In this document: piece by piece, positions 24,381-38,192 of the stretch
Layout: each line of letters starts with the position of its first letter
Numbering within the stretch: the first letter of the stretch is position 1
Assembly (NCBI GenBank): GCA_951406725.2
Contig: OX597821.1
Span: 24,366,001 to 24,430,000, forward strand
Origin: Octopus vulgaris
Lineage: Eukaryota
DNA: 64,000 nt
Reading direction: 5' to 3'
Program-made: the position numbers and the translations under genes
The notes under the pieces: model-generated
Databases searched by the model: none
The model's input: only the letters and a program-made list of their open reading frames with translations
What the model was told of the DNA's origin: nothing

Positions 24381-26010
24381 TGGTATCTGTCTGCACTTTG
24401 TCGCCATCTTGGTAATGTGCACTTGGAAACCGATATCATCAATCATGTCGATACACATCGATAGGTCTTTGGATTGTAATTGCCCCTGGGTCAGTGTACC
24501 CTGTAAGTTTTTCGTTCGGTTTTTGATGCTGGTAGCGCAGGGCTTGGAATTTTCCAGCATTAAACTGCTTATTGTTGTCCTCAGCCCATCTGTAAATTGC
24601 GTCCAACTCCTGCTGCAACCGTGCGACATCGCTAGGGTTTTGTATTTTCTGCGAGACTTTCGTATCGTCTGCGTAGCTAACAAGAGTGGCTCTCCGGTCA
24701 GCTAGGGCATATCTGAAAGGGCCACTATGAAAAGCAGTGGTCCCAAGACAGTATCTGTGGAACACCACTCACTATTTGTGTTTTCTTTGAGGTGGCTCCA
24801 TCGGTCACCTCTGCCTGATTTCTATCTTTCAGAAAGTCGTGTAGCCACTCTCCAAGTTTTCTAGCTATGCCAAAATCGCGCAGTTTGTGACACATCAAGC
24901 CATGAGCAACTTTATCAAAAGCTTTTACAAAGTCAAGGTATATTATGTCCACATTTGAGTTGTTGAGTAACAGCCTCAACACCCAGTCATAGTGCTGTAT
25001 GAGCTGGGTCAGACAGCTCCTACCTTGTCGAAAACCATGCTGAGTATCACTCAGCAAATCATTTTCTGCAAAGAATGAGATTAGTTTCTCTCTGACTATT
25101 CGTTCCATGACTTTGCTGATGTGTCAAGTCAGAGAGATAGGCCTTTTTGTTGATTGGGTATATAATTCCTTCCTTCAGTTTGCTTGGCAGCTTGTCATTT
25201 GCAAGAAAACTCTGGAAGAGAATCTGTAGTGCTCTCGCATGATTTGCATGATTTGAGAAGGATCACTGGGAAAGCATCAGGGCCAGCAGCCGAGTTTGCG
25301 CCCACCTCATCTATGGCTAGTATTATATCTTCTTCACCAATGTCGATGTAATCCATCGTAATTACCTCGCTGATTATAGGTTGGGCGGCAAAGACATCCA
25401 CTGCTTCGTGTACTTGTCTGTGTTCCAACGGGGTGGTAGAGACACTTTTGAACTGGTCATTCAGTACCTCAGTTATCCTGGTTGGGTTATCTGAGGAAGC
25501 CATCCTTCTGGAAGAGGGCTTCTATTTTCCAGCTTGTAGCGTACTGAGGCTGTTTCTTTGGCATAATGAAAGAAGGCCTTTGTGTTTGACTTAATGTTTT
25601 TTATAACCCAGGCTTCTTTGTCTGCTCTCTCCTTCACATAGGATTGTTGCAGTCTTTTTTCAATCTTCCTCAGTGGTGATTTTAGGTGGGATCTTTCACT
25701 GCTTTTGGGATGTTGGTTGAAGCGATTTTCAAACTTCGTCCATCGTCTCATGAGGATCTTCCTCTTCCTTTGTGTTGGCCTTGCGCTCTGGGATAAATTT
25801 CTGGCATATGGTTTGCATAACAGATATGAAATCTTCTAGTTGAATACCAATGTCTGGTGTAGAGAGACATTTCGGCCAGTCCTGTCTGGGGATCTCTTTT
25901 TGGCTCGATTTCCAGTCTTCTTTGAGGAAATTCAGATTGGAGAGATTTGGGGTGCTTCCTTTAGGCTGTATGTCTCAGGCTACTTTTGGTCCATACATAG
26001 ACAGCTCTAT
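24381..26010 (-). mobile_element. CR1/L2-group LINE ORF2 fragment, degenerate
   Basis: ORFs 24725..25108 (QHGFRQGRSCLTQL, IYLDFVKAFDKV, SGVP), 24439..24768 (YADDTK, QFNAGKFQAL) and 25195..25503 (SAAGPD). Confidence 0.85.
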
Positions 26011-26156
26011 TACGCGCGCACGCACACACACACAAATATATATACATACTAACACAACACCCACACGTACATACATATATATAAATATATACGTGTACAT
26101 ACATAATACATATCTGTGTATACATGTATACACACGCACATGCACATATATACACA

Positions 26157-26247
<91 letters not shown>

Positions 26248-26295
26248 CTTGTCATATACATATACCACATATATATATATGTGTGTGTGTGTGTA

Positions 26296-27012
26296 TCTTG
26301 ATAAAACTAAAACTCTAGGGATGTTTGTACCCGAAATGTCTCAGAAATAGTACATTTTATCTTAATTTTTTTGCATAATTATTTTCATACTTATCTTCAG
26401 CAGTGCAGTACAAATGTTTGTGACATTTGAACCTCTACTTATTAAAGAAAACGAGTAAACAGAATTCCTGTTTGTTATTTCTCGACGAAAGAAAAAACAT
26501 TGCTTTCGTGACGTCAACACACATACACTCATACAGAATACACACACGTATAATGACTGTCATGGCGTGTCAATCAACCCAAACACACGTCCACTATCTA
26601 TGACATATACACACATAGTCTTCGTGCTCTCTAAGAAAAAGAAAAACGTCGACTTTTTGACGTACACAATACTTTAATCATTTAGAAATATTTTTAACTG
26701 AATGGGATTTCAAAAATGTAAACTGTTTGCACAGTAAGTATTTATAGTTTAGCTTTCTTTAAGCAGACAATATTTTAATGTTTTTTAAAAATTATTCTCA
26801 AGTCATTAATTTCCGTAAAAAAGTTTTAGTTACTTTTGCTTTCAAGTGAAAAGAGGAGAGAGTGAAATATGTATGTACGTGCAAATGTGTGTGTGTCAAA
26901 GAGAGAGAGAAGGAGTGAGTGAAGGGGTGTGTTGTCATGTATACGTACATACATCAATATATATGCGTATATCTTTTTTGTATGTACGTGTGGTTGTGGG
27001 TGTATGTGTGTG

Positions 27013-27050
<38 letters not shown>

Positions 27051-27096
27051 TGAACGTGTGTTCTTATGTATGTGCAAGTGGCACTCTTTCTCTCTG

Positions 27097-27132
<36 letters not shown>

Positions 27133-27619
27133 GTCCATTTCATATACACGTTCGTACATCTTTCACTTTCTCCTCTCTTTTACTTTAAAACAAAAGTAAA
27201 TAAATAAAAAAAAAATTACGGAAATTAACGAACAAAACCAGCTGATTTGGATGACAGTTCTGAGAGTCAAAGCGAAAGATCGCCTCTAGGGAATACCATT
27301 ACAAAATTGTTTTCGAGTGCATTCAACGTATCTCAGTTCCAAAGATATGGCTGCTATTCCTAGCACGCCTAGCTACTACGTAACAGCTATTTGCGATAAA
27401 GGATCCAAAATACCTGTTACGTCGTAGCAGGGCGTGCAAGAAATAGCAGCCAAATATTTCCTTTTCTGGGGAAAGGACGCGTTTATGCGTGATTTCGATG
27501 TCACATTTGTTGAAAACACGCAAAATAACCTGGAAAGGAAAAAAAAAAACATGAAACAAAGCTCCTTTGCTGGGAAACTCAGACTTTCCCGGTGACTCAA
27601 CAGGTCACAGGCACTCTAG
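26296..27619 (+). mobile_element. Non-autonomous Helitron
   Basis: A|TC start, subterminal hairpin CCGGTGAC..GTCACAGG, CTAG|T end. Pairing of this 5' end with this 3' end is inferred. Confidence 0.55.
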
Positions 27620-27652
<33 letters not shown>

Positions 27653-27876
27653 TTAGTATTGAATAATATTCATATGCATAGTAATTATTAGGAGTAATCT
27701 TACATAATGCAATATGAATAAGAACTCGATAACTGATATGGGATGCAAAAACGTGCGTCGTGATCCACTATTAAAGTCTGTTAATTTCCACCGTCGTGTT
27801 ATGCTATTATCAATACACACACACACATAGAGACACACACACACAGACATAGATACACACACACACAAACACACAC

Positions 27877-28220
27877 AGAAAATAGAAATCTTCAGACAAT
27901 GCGGTAAGTTTAACGAAACCTTTATATTTCAGGCTCAAAGACCTATCTTCAGAAGAAAAGAGCAGTTTAAGAAAAGTCCAGTTATGTAGGTTCCGTTAAA
28001 CCATTCAAGCTCTCTTGCGTCTATGTATCAGCATATGCTGTTGTATTCAAGCTCCCAAGCGTTTATATAACAACATATGTTAGGGAGCTTGAATGGTTTA
28101 ACGGAACCTATATAACTGGACTTTTCTTAAACTGTCTTTTCTTTTGAAGACAGGCCTTCGAGCCTGAAATATAATAGTTTTGTTAAACTTTCCACATTAT
28201 CTGAAGCTTTGTATTTTCTC
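27877..28220. mobile_element. Short foldback (~135-bp arms) of Penelope-type terminal repeat
   Basis: 27877-28012 is the reverse complement of 28085-28219; each arm has (C/T)TGAAGA..AGG..CCT GAAATATA. Confidence 0.7.
27920..27955 (-). ncRNA. Minimal type I hammerhead ribozyme motif with canonical core
   Basis: CTT-CTGAAGA-TAGGTCTTTGAGCCT-GAA-ATAT-A-AAG: stem I CTT/AAG, stem II AGG/CCT, palindromic ATAT, AUA triplet. Confidence 0.6.
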
Positions 28221-28251
28221 GCTTTTTCCCTCTTCGATATATATATGTATA

Positions 28252-28644
28252 TCTTTATATATAAAAGAAAGGTTGTGTGTCTGTCTACTCCGATTTAGAT
28301 TCCTAACTACTCCCACATTTTGCGGTGCAGTTCAACCAAAACCGGGTATCTTATAGTCGTGATTCATATCGAGCCTTTCTGGGTATTAGCGCGCGTCTAC
28401 GATGAGTCTACGATTTAAAAAATAATTTACCATCATTTTTTCCATTTTAATGCATATTTTTTTTAATAAAGGGAAGTAACTCTCTAAAAATGTCTACGAT
28501 GAGTCAACGATTTTTAAAAAAATTTACCATCATATTTTTTCCATTTTTAATGCATTTTTTTGCTATTTTTTTACTATAACTCTCTAAAAATGCTTTATAG
28601 TTATTTCCTTTACAAACCCGAGCAACGCCGGGCGATACTGCTAG
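28252..28644 (+). mobile_element. Non-autonomous Helitron
   Basis: A|TCTTTATATATAAAAG start; CCCGAGCAACGCCGGG hairpin and CTAG|T end; internal ~100-bp tandem duplication. Confidence 0.75.
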
Positions 28645-29010
28645 TAGTTTATAGATTAGAGACAGGTATTCTCTGTATAGAATACACTTCGTAGAGCTCA
28701 TTTAATACAAAGAAGGTACATATGTATACATATAAACGAAGTCCGACTGGAAATGGTACCAGGAATTAAGGATGATGAGTAGGAGTTTTACGAGTCCAAC
28801 AGCAGTTTCTTGGAGTTTGGTGATCCAAAATAACGCTTGTAACTTGATTCTATCATCGGATACCACCACGATCCGACTCCAGGAAAGGATTTCACATTTG
28901 ATGTGTTGACAGAATGCCTGTATCTTTGGGTGTGTATGTATTTCCTACATCAAAAACTAATCACCGTAAACACTCATTTTAACACTGTATTCTACCTTTT
29001 TTACTTGCAG

Positions 29011-29130
29011 GGTTAGATCCAGCTGGACCAAACTATGAACGTGCCCCAAAAGAAGTTCGTCTGGACCCCAGTGATGCTGACTTTGTCGATGTTATTCACA
29101 CAGATGGTTCGTCGTTCTCAGCCATAAAAG
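29011..29130 (+). CDS. Pancreatic lipase-related protein, exon with catalytic Asp (GLDPA)
   Basis: TTGCAG acceptor, AAG|GTAT donor, phase 1-1. Encodes [40 protein letters not shown]. Absent from the ORF track. Confidence 0.95.
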
Positions 29131-29516
29131 GTATATTTTTTAATTCTTGTTTTTGGTTTACTACTTTTGAACAGCCAGCTTACAAAGATTTTTAGTCGAC
29201 AACATATCGAATTTAGCTCTTTGTCTGACACGCATTTTACCGATCTCGAAAGGGAGAAAAGTCAAAGCCGAAAAAAGTGTAAAGAGTCGTAGCTTGTACG
29301 AAACCAAATATATAACAGAAGCTGTTTCTGTTCGTCTGTTCGAACACCCCCCCCCCCACACACACACACTCATGCACACGTTAAGCTTCGAAGTTAGTTT
29401 TATTTTATAAAAGTTTAACAGATATGTATTCAACTAAAAAGCATTCAGTAATCCTATGCTTATATATAATTTGTTTTTATATATAAAACAAACATTTATA
29501 TATATATACATATATA

Positions 29517-29549
<33 letters not shown>

Positions 29550-29554
<5 letters not shown>

Positions 29555-29690
29555 TAAGAAGTCTGCTTCCTAACCACATGGTTTCGGGTTCAGTCTCACA
29601 GGGGAGCACCTTAGGCAAGTGACTTCTAATATAGCCTCGGGCCTTGTGAGTGGAATTGGTAAACGGAAGCTGAAAGTAACATGTCATATG
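29550..29690 (+). mobile_element. Diverged SINE family A 5' half
   Basis: AACCACATGGTTTCGGGTTCAGTC..CCTTAGGCAAGTG. Confidence 0.65.
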
Positions 29691-29932
29691 TGTGTGTATG
29701 TGTATATCTGTAAATATAATATGTGACAAATTCCTCTATTTACATAATATCGAGGTCTCTTTCACTCTTTTGTTGTCTTACCATTTCTATCAATATATAT
29801 ATATATATATATATATATTTTGTGAAATATATATATATCAAAAGTTTAACCGATACCTTGTAGCAAAAATCACAGCAGAAGACAGCACGTTGGAGGTACA
29901 ACCCTATGGTGTTGCAACCGTGTTGTCGGATA

Positions 29933-30043
<111 letters not shown>

Positions 30044-30526
30044 AGAAATGCAACCTCTGGGATAACATATATCAATATACTGGTAAAAGACAATCACATA
30101 CTTTATTAAACCACCACATGAGAGACAAAACAGCTGTTTCGGCCATGTAGATAAGTACGTCTCATTTTACCAATATTAGCCTTTTATGAGAGTCAATATA
30201 TCATTTATATTATGTAAATAGAGGAATTTGTCACATATTATATTTACAGATATAGACATACACACACATATGTATGCATGTATGTGTATGTATGTGTGTG
30301 TATGTATGTATGTATGTGTGTGTATGTATGTGTGTATATGCATATATTTGTATGTATGTGTGTGTATGTATGTATGTATGCGTGTGTATGTGTGTGTATG
30401 TATGTATGTTTGTATAACCCTCACCAGTTTTGTAATTTTCCCCCGCACTATGTCTCCTCATCAGTTACATTGGTCTGACAATGAACTCCTGTGCGAAATA
30501 TAACGCAAGATCATTATCTTTCGCAG

Positions 30527-30649
30527 GCTTCGGAACAATGAAACAATTGGGCGATGTCGATCTTTACCCTAATGGCGGCAAAAAACAACCCGGATGTGAA
30601 GGATCATGGGCACACCTGTTTTACCAAGCTTACAAAACTGGGTTGAAAA
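30527..30649 (+). CDS. Pancreatic lipase-related protein, exon with YPNGG motif and lid start
   Basis: TCGCAG acceptor, A|GTAAGT donor, phase 1-1. Encodes GFGTMKQLGDVDLYPNGGKKQPGCEGSWAHLFYQAYKTGLK. Confidence 0.95.
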
Positions 30650-31012
30650 GTAAGTAGAATCACCTACAATAACATTTGACAGGACTGCTTTCTTTAAAAT
30701 TCTCATGTATATTATAACATCGTTCTCACTAGTGTCCCAAATAACAGAGGTGTAAAATATAGGTATTTCTAGTAGTTAAGTCTTCCGGGTGTGATTTATT
30801 TCATGTGAGTCCTCTGTGCAATTTATCCAGTATATAGGTAAAACCCAGATTGCTAGGAGACCAAATCTGTGAGTAGTTGAATGTCTTCACAACATGAGAT
30901 TTTGCTGTGAGTTAAGGTTAGTGACGTATGTATGTATGTATGTATGTATGTATGTATGTATGTATGTATGTATGTATGTATGTATGTATGTTTGTATGTA
31001 TGATGTTATATA

Positions 31013-31064
<52 letters not shown>

Positions 31065-31439
31065 TTTGCATCGGTGTTTGTCCCCTACCACCGCTTGACA
31101 ACAGTGTTTGTGTGTTTACGTTCTTGTATTCAAGCGGTTCGACAGAGCGACCGATATAATAAGTACCAGTACTTATGAAAGAAAAATAACAATTATTGGG
31201 ATCCATCTTTTCAACAAAAATTTCTTCAAGGGCGAGCTCCAGCATGGCTGTAGTCTAATGACTGAAACAAGAAAAGGATAAAGGATGATGGAAAGGATTT
31301 ATATATATATATATATATATAATTGCAGCGTGGCTTTCATAGTAAATGTTTTCAATGTCCAACAACTAGGCTCTCGACTGGTTTTTAACAGTCTGTAGGC
31401 ATATTGTAAGTAGTATGCGTCTGGGGACATAACTGTACT

Positions 31440-32180
31440 CATGTCACAAACATGCTCGGAATTTTAGTTGGTTCCCCTTCCATATCTCAACATTGAAATC
31501 TCGACGAATTGTAAACAGTCAGCGGATATATTTAAAACAATACAAAATTGGCGAGACCTGCTCAGAGGCCTACGCAAAGTTTCTAAAAAGTTTTCATCGT
31601 TCTCGACACAATCAAGGAGATTTTGTGCAGCTGAAATCCGAGTGCTTTTTTTCCACAGCTGAAAGGAGTTTTGCCACACACTTGGCAGACAAGCGTCTCA
31701 TACCCAAATTTTTAGTGATAATGGACTGAACTGAACCGTAACTAATCTTCACATCCTCTGATAACTCACGGATGGTGATTCGATGATTTCCCCTCACAGC
31801 TGCATGCACATCTGCGATGTTTTTCTCAGTTCTGCTGGTTGCGGATCTCCCAGAACGTTCGTCTATATCGAAATTTTTCGGCCATTGGAAACGTCTGAGC
31901 CGCTCGTATCCTTTGTGCGGCTCATACACTCCTCTCCATACACTTTCTGCAACTTTGCGTAAGCCTCTGAGCAGGTATCGCCATGACAACATGCTCTGTC
32001 ATTGTCAATGCGACAATCACACGCTACACACGTTCCTTCCTAGCGGAAGTGAGCTAGAAATTAATACTTAGTGAGCATGCACAGCAGAGTTAAAGGTCAA
32101 TCTATGCCGAGCGGTTTCACTCTGCGTGCTTTAGCTTTGTTACTATGGCAACAGTCCGCATACTTATTAACTAGACCTCG
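31440..32180 (-). mobile_element. Mariner 5' fragment, degenerate
   Basis: ORF 31612..31992 (DERSGRSATS, RITIRELSEDVKISYGSVQSII..LGMRRLSAKCV); terminus TA|CGAGGTCTAGTTAATAAGTATGCGG. Confidence 0.75.
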
Positions 32181-32259
32181 TATATGTGTGTGTGTACGTG
32201 TGTATATATATGTGCATGTATGTATATACATATAAATATATGTACGTATGTATGTGTGT

Positions 32260-32299
<40 letters not shown>

Positions 32300-32584
32300 G
32301 TCGGTCAGTAGTTCATATATCTGAAAACGAATCACACTCTAAAATAGTAGGACAATAGTACATTCAGAAGGCTGTCAGAGAGTGGTCATTCGTTTCGCGC
32401 TTATAAAGCGCTGAGCTGTATAGTCGACTCTTCAGACTCGTCCAATTCGTATTATACATACATACATACATACATACATACATACATACATACATACATA
32501 CACCACAATCCGTTCAATCGAGCCATAAGAAATGTCTACTTATAGAATTTCTCTAATTGTTTCGATGATGTATGGTTGATGAAA

Positions 32585-32977
32585 TCTATATATATAAAGC
32601 TGAAGTTGTTAGTGTGTGGCAGGTTTGGTAGCCTTCAACTAACACTATCTCCTCCGAGACCCTGCAGCGCAAATTGACCAAAATTGAGAGTATGATAGAA
32701 GAAGGCTTGCTCTTCATTCCATAGAAGAAAAAATTCAAATTCAAATTATTTACATCAAAAAGGTGCTTTTTTTTCTATGAAAATCCCTATTTTTTACGAT
32801 TTTTTTACTGCTGTGTCGCCACTTTTCAGTGTATTTCAACAAGAAAAATGTTCACTTAAAGAAAATAACAAGCGACGTAATGCAAAATTTTTACTTTTCA
32901 AAAAAGATTGAAACTATGTCAAAACTTTGTTAACGCGACATCAAAGTCTGCCGAACAACGCCGGGCTTTACTGCTAG
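32585..32977 (+). mobile_element. Non-autonomous Helitron (same family as 55902-56280)
   Basis: A|TCTATATATATAAAGCTGAAGTTG start; AACGCCGGGC..ACTGCTAG|T end. Confidence 0.8.
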
Positions 32978-33555
32978 TTTAACGACAGACGTAACTGAGT
33001 GCGTACCATCTGGAGGTACGGTCTAACTAGACATAAATATGCTGTAGATCAGCTGCATTATAAAGAGTAATTTTCCATACCTCTTACCTATAAGTCATTA
33101 ATATTTACGTACCATTCCAGGAATGCGTTAAATATATAAATTGGTATATCCAATAACTACGCACCTCTAAGTATAGTGGATATTTAAGCAATGTGTTCGA
33201 GTATGATTAATGGGTTAAACGGGTGCTGATGGAGGGAAAACCCCCTCAAAATAGGGCATATACGCCCATTACTTGTTTTTCATTTTCGATCCCATTGTTT
33301 GTTTGCATCTGATGTCTCGTAAGCGAAACGTCGTAGCAAATCAGTGCTGGCTATAATTTCTGTAGAATATCTACAGACATAATGTAGAAAGTGCACTGCT
33401 AACGCAGTAGAACGTGCTATTACCTTCTAAAAAAAAAAAAACGTATGTTCTATTATGATTGCATAACGAAATATCACGTACCTACAAGTCTACAATAGCA
33501 ATTGTCTCTTGTGAATTATTATTCTGCTAATAATGTATTTCGTTTTCTTTACCAG

Positions 33556-33777
33556 ATGCGACTAATTATGTTGGTTGTAGTCATAGTAGGGCCATACAGT
33601 TGTTCATGGAGTCCATTAACTCAACATGTTTCAGAGCCGTCAAATGTAGCAGTGATGCCGATTTTGAAAATGGCCAATGCGTATTAGGGGAATTTATTAC
33701 AATGGGTTACTACTTGTCTAAGAGGACACCCAAAGGAACTTACTACCTCAATACGTTGAAAGCTCCTCCTTATTGTG
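33556..33777 (+). CDS. Pancreatic lipase-related protein, exon with catalytic His (CSH)
   Basis: ACCAG acceptor, G|GTATGT donor, phase 1-1. Encodes NATNYVGCSHSRAIQLFMESINSTCFRAVKCSS..MGYY..GTYYLNTLKAPPYC; His codon 33582-33584. Confidence 0.93.
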
Positions 33778-33829
33778 GTATGTATCCATCTTATTATTAT
33801 TATTATTCAGTAGTTTTATTTTTATTTTT

Positions 33830-35235
33830 ATAGCGTGCTTTCACTTCACTACCGGGCGCAGTTCTGTGTGCCTTGGGTATGTGCTGTGATTTGTTGTGAT
33901 GCTCTGATGGTTACTGTATTGAAAGCGTTTTGCGTAGGATGTGTGCAGTGCCCAGTAGTGCAATTTTCTCTATGTTATATAAATTTGTAAGTCCTGAATA
34001 TTTGCCTGAATTTTTTTTATCATACCTAATGCGCCTACTATGATAGGAATTGTTTCTGTTTTTAGATTCCACATTCTGGTTACCTCTATTTCCAGGTCTT
34101 TGTATTTTGAGAGTTTCTCCATTTCTTTTAGAGACACGTTGTCATCTGTCGGTATTGATACATCAATTAGAAAACATTTTTTTTTCTTCATGATCTTTGA
34201 CAACTATAGCTGGCCTATTGGCCTTAATTTCTCCATCTGTGTGTATTGGCATATCCCAGAGTATGGTTGCTTTCTCGTTTCCTGTGACCTTTTCTGGTCA
34301 TATTTTTTCTGTTATTATTCCATAGTGTTCGCATAGCTTCCATTGTACGTAGATCCCAAATCTGAATATATTCCTTCTTAGTCAGGACTGGGCAGCCAGA
34401 GATAATATGATTTATTGTTTTTTTTTTTTTTTTGTCCATCTCCACATATTCTGCAGTTACTTGTTATGTTTCTTTTCATTATATGTTTTTGGTAATTTCT
34501 GGTGGGAAGACTTTGGTCTTGTGCTGCAATTAAAAATCCTTCAGTCTCTGCTTTGAGTTCTGAGCTTCTCAACCATTGCTGGGATTTTTCTCTGTGTATT
34601 TCTTTTGCCCAGTATTTGTCATGAAGGGGCTTTTCTTGCCATCGTTTTATCCGTTGCTGTTCTAGTTTTAGTTTGGATTTCATTTGTTTTATAGTCAGAT
34701 TTTGGGTGGTGCATCCTAGATCTTGTCATTATTTTTCTTGTTTTCCTGTCTATTTTGGTTACTTCATTTAGTGTCCAGTTAAGGGTATTGTAGCTGTAAC
34801 TTATAACTGGGACGGCTAAAGTGTTAATACCTATTATCTTGTTTTTAGCATTGAGCTCTGTTTTTAGTATTGACTTAACTCGTCTATAGTATTCTTGCTT
34901 TATTTTCTCTTTCATTTGTGTGTGTTGTATCATATCTAGTTCATGGATTCCTAAATATTTGTATGTCTGGCTTTGACCTAATTCTCTTATCTCATTGGCT
35001 CTATCTAGTGTGATGTTGCTACTCTTAACTAGTTTTCCTCTTTTCAGGGTTGCTTTGGCACATTTATCTAATCTAAATTTCAAATCTATTTCTTTGATAA
35101 ATCCATGTACTGTATGTAGTAGTGTTTCCAGCTGTTTATCATTTGTAGCGTATAGTTTTAGGTCATCCATATATAAAAGGTGGGTGATTATTTTGCCGTA
35201 ACATTTGTATCCGCATCCAGTTCTATTTAGCATGT
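33830..35235 (-). mobile_element. R4/Dong LINE 3' fragment (RT end, CCHC finger, RLE)
   Basis: ORFs 34619..35233 (HLLYMDDLKLYA, LDKCAK, YKYLGI), 34378..34683 (ETEGFLIAAQDQ, CRICG) and 33970..34203 (FLIDVSIP, KLSKYKDL, PIIVGALG). Confidence 0.9.
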
Positions 35236-35279
35236 TGTGATTTTTTATTATAATTGTTGTTGTTGTTGTTGTTGTTGTT

Positions 35280-35476
35280 AAGGCTGCGAGTTGGCAGAAT
35301 CGTTTGCACGCCGAACGAAATGCTTGGCGGTATTTCGTCTATTTCGTCCGTCTTCCCGTTCTGAATTCAAATTCCGCCGAGGTCGACTTTGCATTTTATC
35401 CTCTCGGGGTCGATGAAATAAGTACCAGCTGAGCACTCCCCCCAAATTTCAGGCCTTGTGCCTATAGTAAAAAGGA

Positions 35477-35533
<57 letters not shown>

Positions 35534-35551
35534 TTACTATTATTATTATTA

Positions 35552-35607
<56 letters not shown>

Positions 35608-35692
35608 GTTATTACTATTAGTATTATTATTATTATTATTAATATTACTATTATTATTATTGTTGTTGTTGTTGTTGTTATTGTTACTACTT

Positions 35693-35770
<78 letters not shown>

Positions 35771-35985
35771 AGGCGGCAACTGGCAGAATCGTTAGCACGC
35801 CGGGCAAAGTGCTTAGTGGTATTTCGTCCGTCTTTAAGTTTTTAGTTCAAATTCAGCCGAGGTCACCTTTGCCTTTCATCCTTCGAGGGCCGATAAAATA
35901 AGTACCAATTGAGCACTAGGGTCGATGTAATCGACTTAACCCCACCTTCGAATACTGACCTTGTGCCAAAATTTGAAACTATTAT
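35280..35985 (+). mobile_element. Two family B SINEs joined by a ~290-bp (ATT)n/(GTT)n/(ACT)n array
   Basis: Heads AAGGCTGCGAGTTGGCAGAATCG (35280) and AAGGCGGCAACTGGCAGAATCG (35770); trinucleotide array 35477-35770. Confidence 0.85.
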
Positions 35986-36053
35986 GATTCGTTTTCGTTG
36001 TAACAACAAATCTAAGGTATTAAATGATGGTTTATCTGTTTGTCTGTTTACAG

Positions 36054-36162
36054 CACATAACTACGTCGTCGATGTGTACCTAGCTCAGAATGATACCATC
36101 CATGGTGCTTATATCAAAGTTATTGGATTGAAAAGTTCAACAAAACAGATCATTCTACCTAG
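36054..36162 (+). CDS. Pancreatic lipase-related protein, first PLAT-domain exon
   Basis: TTACAG acceptor, AG|GTGAGT donor, phase 1-2. Encodes AHNYVVDVYLAQNDTIHGAYIKVIGLKSSTKQIILP. Confidence 0.8.
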
Positions 36163-37273
36163 GTGAGTTATAAACTGAACACGTTGTCAACAGTTGTTGT
36201 TGTTTTACACCGAATCAGCCCTAGGGCTAAACAACAGTGGATCAGCTATCAGAACCTTCAGCACGGCAATTTATTTTACGTTGCTTCAGTACACGCAGCT
36301 GGTAAAAATGAGTAGCACCTGTACTTCAAAGGGCCAGCTTCGTTCACACTCTATGTCACACTGAATCTCTCTGAGAACTGCGCTAAGGTTATATGTGTCC
36401 GCGAAGTGCTCAGCTACCTGCACGTAAATTCCATGAGCAGGCTGTTCCGTTGATTGAATCAACTGGAACACTCGTCGTCGCAACCGACGGAGAGTCAGAC
36501 TGTATATGTATGTAGATTTGTGATTCACAAAAATGAACAAATAATATGATTTACTTCTCCAGCGCCACTCATGTATGTATGTATGTATGTATGTATGTAT
36601 GTATGTATGTATGTATGTATTTATGTATGTATGTATGTATTTATGTATGTATGTATGTATGTATGTATTTATGTATGTATGTTTATAAATTTGCAAGCGA
36701 TGCCAAGTAGAGCTACTGAAGTGTTTTGGGAATAGATTACAGATAATGACTAAAAAATATAGTTGTTTTATATGAGAGCGAAATTGTCATAAAAGATAGA
36801 AGGAAACTGAAGGAAGACGTTCAAACTTCCCCTCTGCGAATTTATTTTTTTCAACAGCAAAGGGAGCTACTTCTTCAAAGAGATAAGCTAACAAAAGCCC
36901 TTTTATTCTGTCTTCCAACATGGCCTGTGCATAAACTAACAGCGAATGCTGCATAAAGTTAAATTGATATGGGGCTTTCTGAAAGATACGTATAGCTTTC
37001 GCTACTGGAAGCAAAATTCTTATTTAAAGGTTGATTCTTTGAGACGAATCATATGTCATTGTTTAAAAAAGGCTAGAATGACAACGCTAAAACAATGGAT
37101 AACAGTCAAAATATCATAACGGATGGGTAAATAAGCATCCTTAAAGTGATACAACGCATTGGTTGGTATCAACAAATAGAAGAGAGTAGGTAAAGGTAAG
37201 CTTGCCAAAGTTTAATGCAGTTTAAATATGGAGATTAAAATTGTTTGTTATTGGATATGATATTCATTGCATA

Positions 37274-37778
37274 CAGTGTTCTTAGTCAATTTAATAACCG
37301 TCGCAGTTGGACAGTCAAAATAAAGAGATAGACAAAACCCTTTCACTTTTACAAAAAGATTAAAAAAGAATAGAAGACCCTACATACAAAAGACTATGTC
37401 CATTTACATCCATTTAGGTGAGAGCCCAGGGCAAAATATTATAGTGCATAACCATCCATGGGACATAAGCAATGTGTGTGTATAGTTTGGTGAAAATCGG
37501 TTGAGAATTGTGGAAATGTATGCGTTCAGTATTCTTAGTCAATTTAATCACCGTCGCAGGTGGTCAGAGGAAATGAATATATAGACAAAATCCTTTCACT
37601 TCTATAAAAAGATTTTAAAGGTATGGAAGACCCTACATGTAAAGAAACTATGTCCATTCACGTCCATTTACGTGGGAGCTCTGGGCAAAATGTTATAGTG
37701 CATGACTATCCTTGGGACATAAGTAATGTGTGTAAAGTTTGGTGAAAATCGGTCGAGAATTTTGGAAATGTATGCGTT
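37274..37778. repeat. Diverged tandem duplication (~253-bp unit), probably interior of a Helentron/DINE-like element
   Basis: CAGT.TTCTTAGTCAATTTAAT.ACCGTCGCAG at 37274 and 37527; both units end AGTTTGGTGAAAATCGGT.GAGAATT.TGGAAATGTATGCGTT. Confidence 0.75.
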
Positions 37779-37819
37779 AGTCATTATACACATACATACT
37801 GTGATTTATATATACTATA

Positions 37820-37863
<44 letters not shown>

Positions 37864-38009
37864 TGATTTACTTAATTGTCCATCGCCATTCATCTATATA
37901 TTTTTATGTGTGTGCACGCGCGTGTGTATGTTATATATGAATATGTGGATACATATATGTTGTCTGAATTTTATAGAGTTAATTATCCATCACAGCTGGT
38001 CTGTATGTA

Positions 38010-38133
<124 letters not shown>

Positions 38134-38192
38134 TATCACGATTAATACAATCCTCCAGCGCCTGTCAATTGTACCTTTTCCAATATTTTCAG

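Noticed and set aside
35367-35901. Long poly-Leu/Ile/Val/Thr ORFs
   Set aside because: Translations of (ATT)n/(GTT)n/(ACT)n microsatellites between two SINEs.
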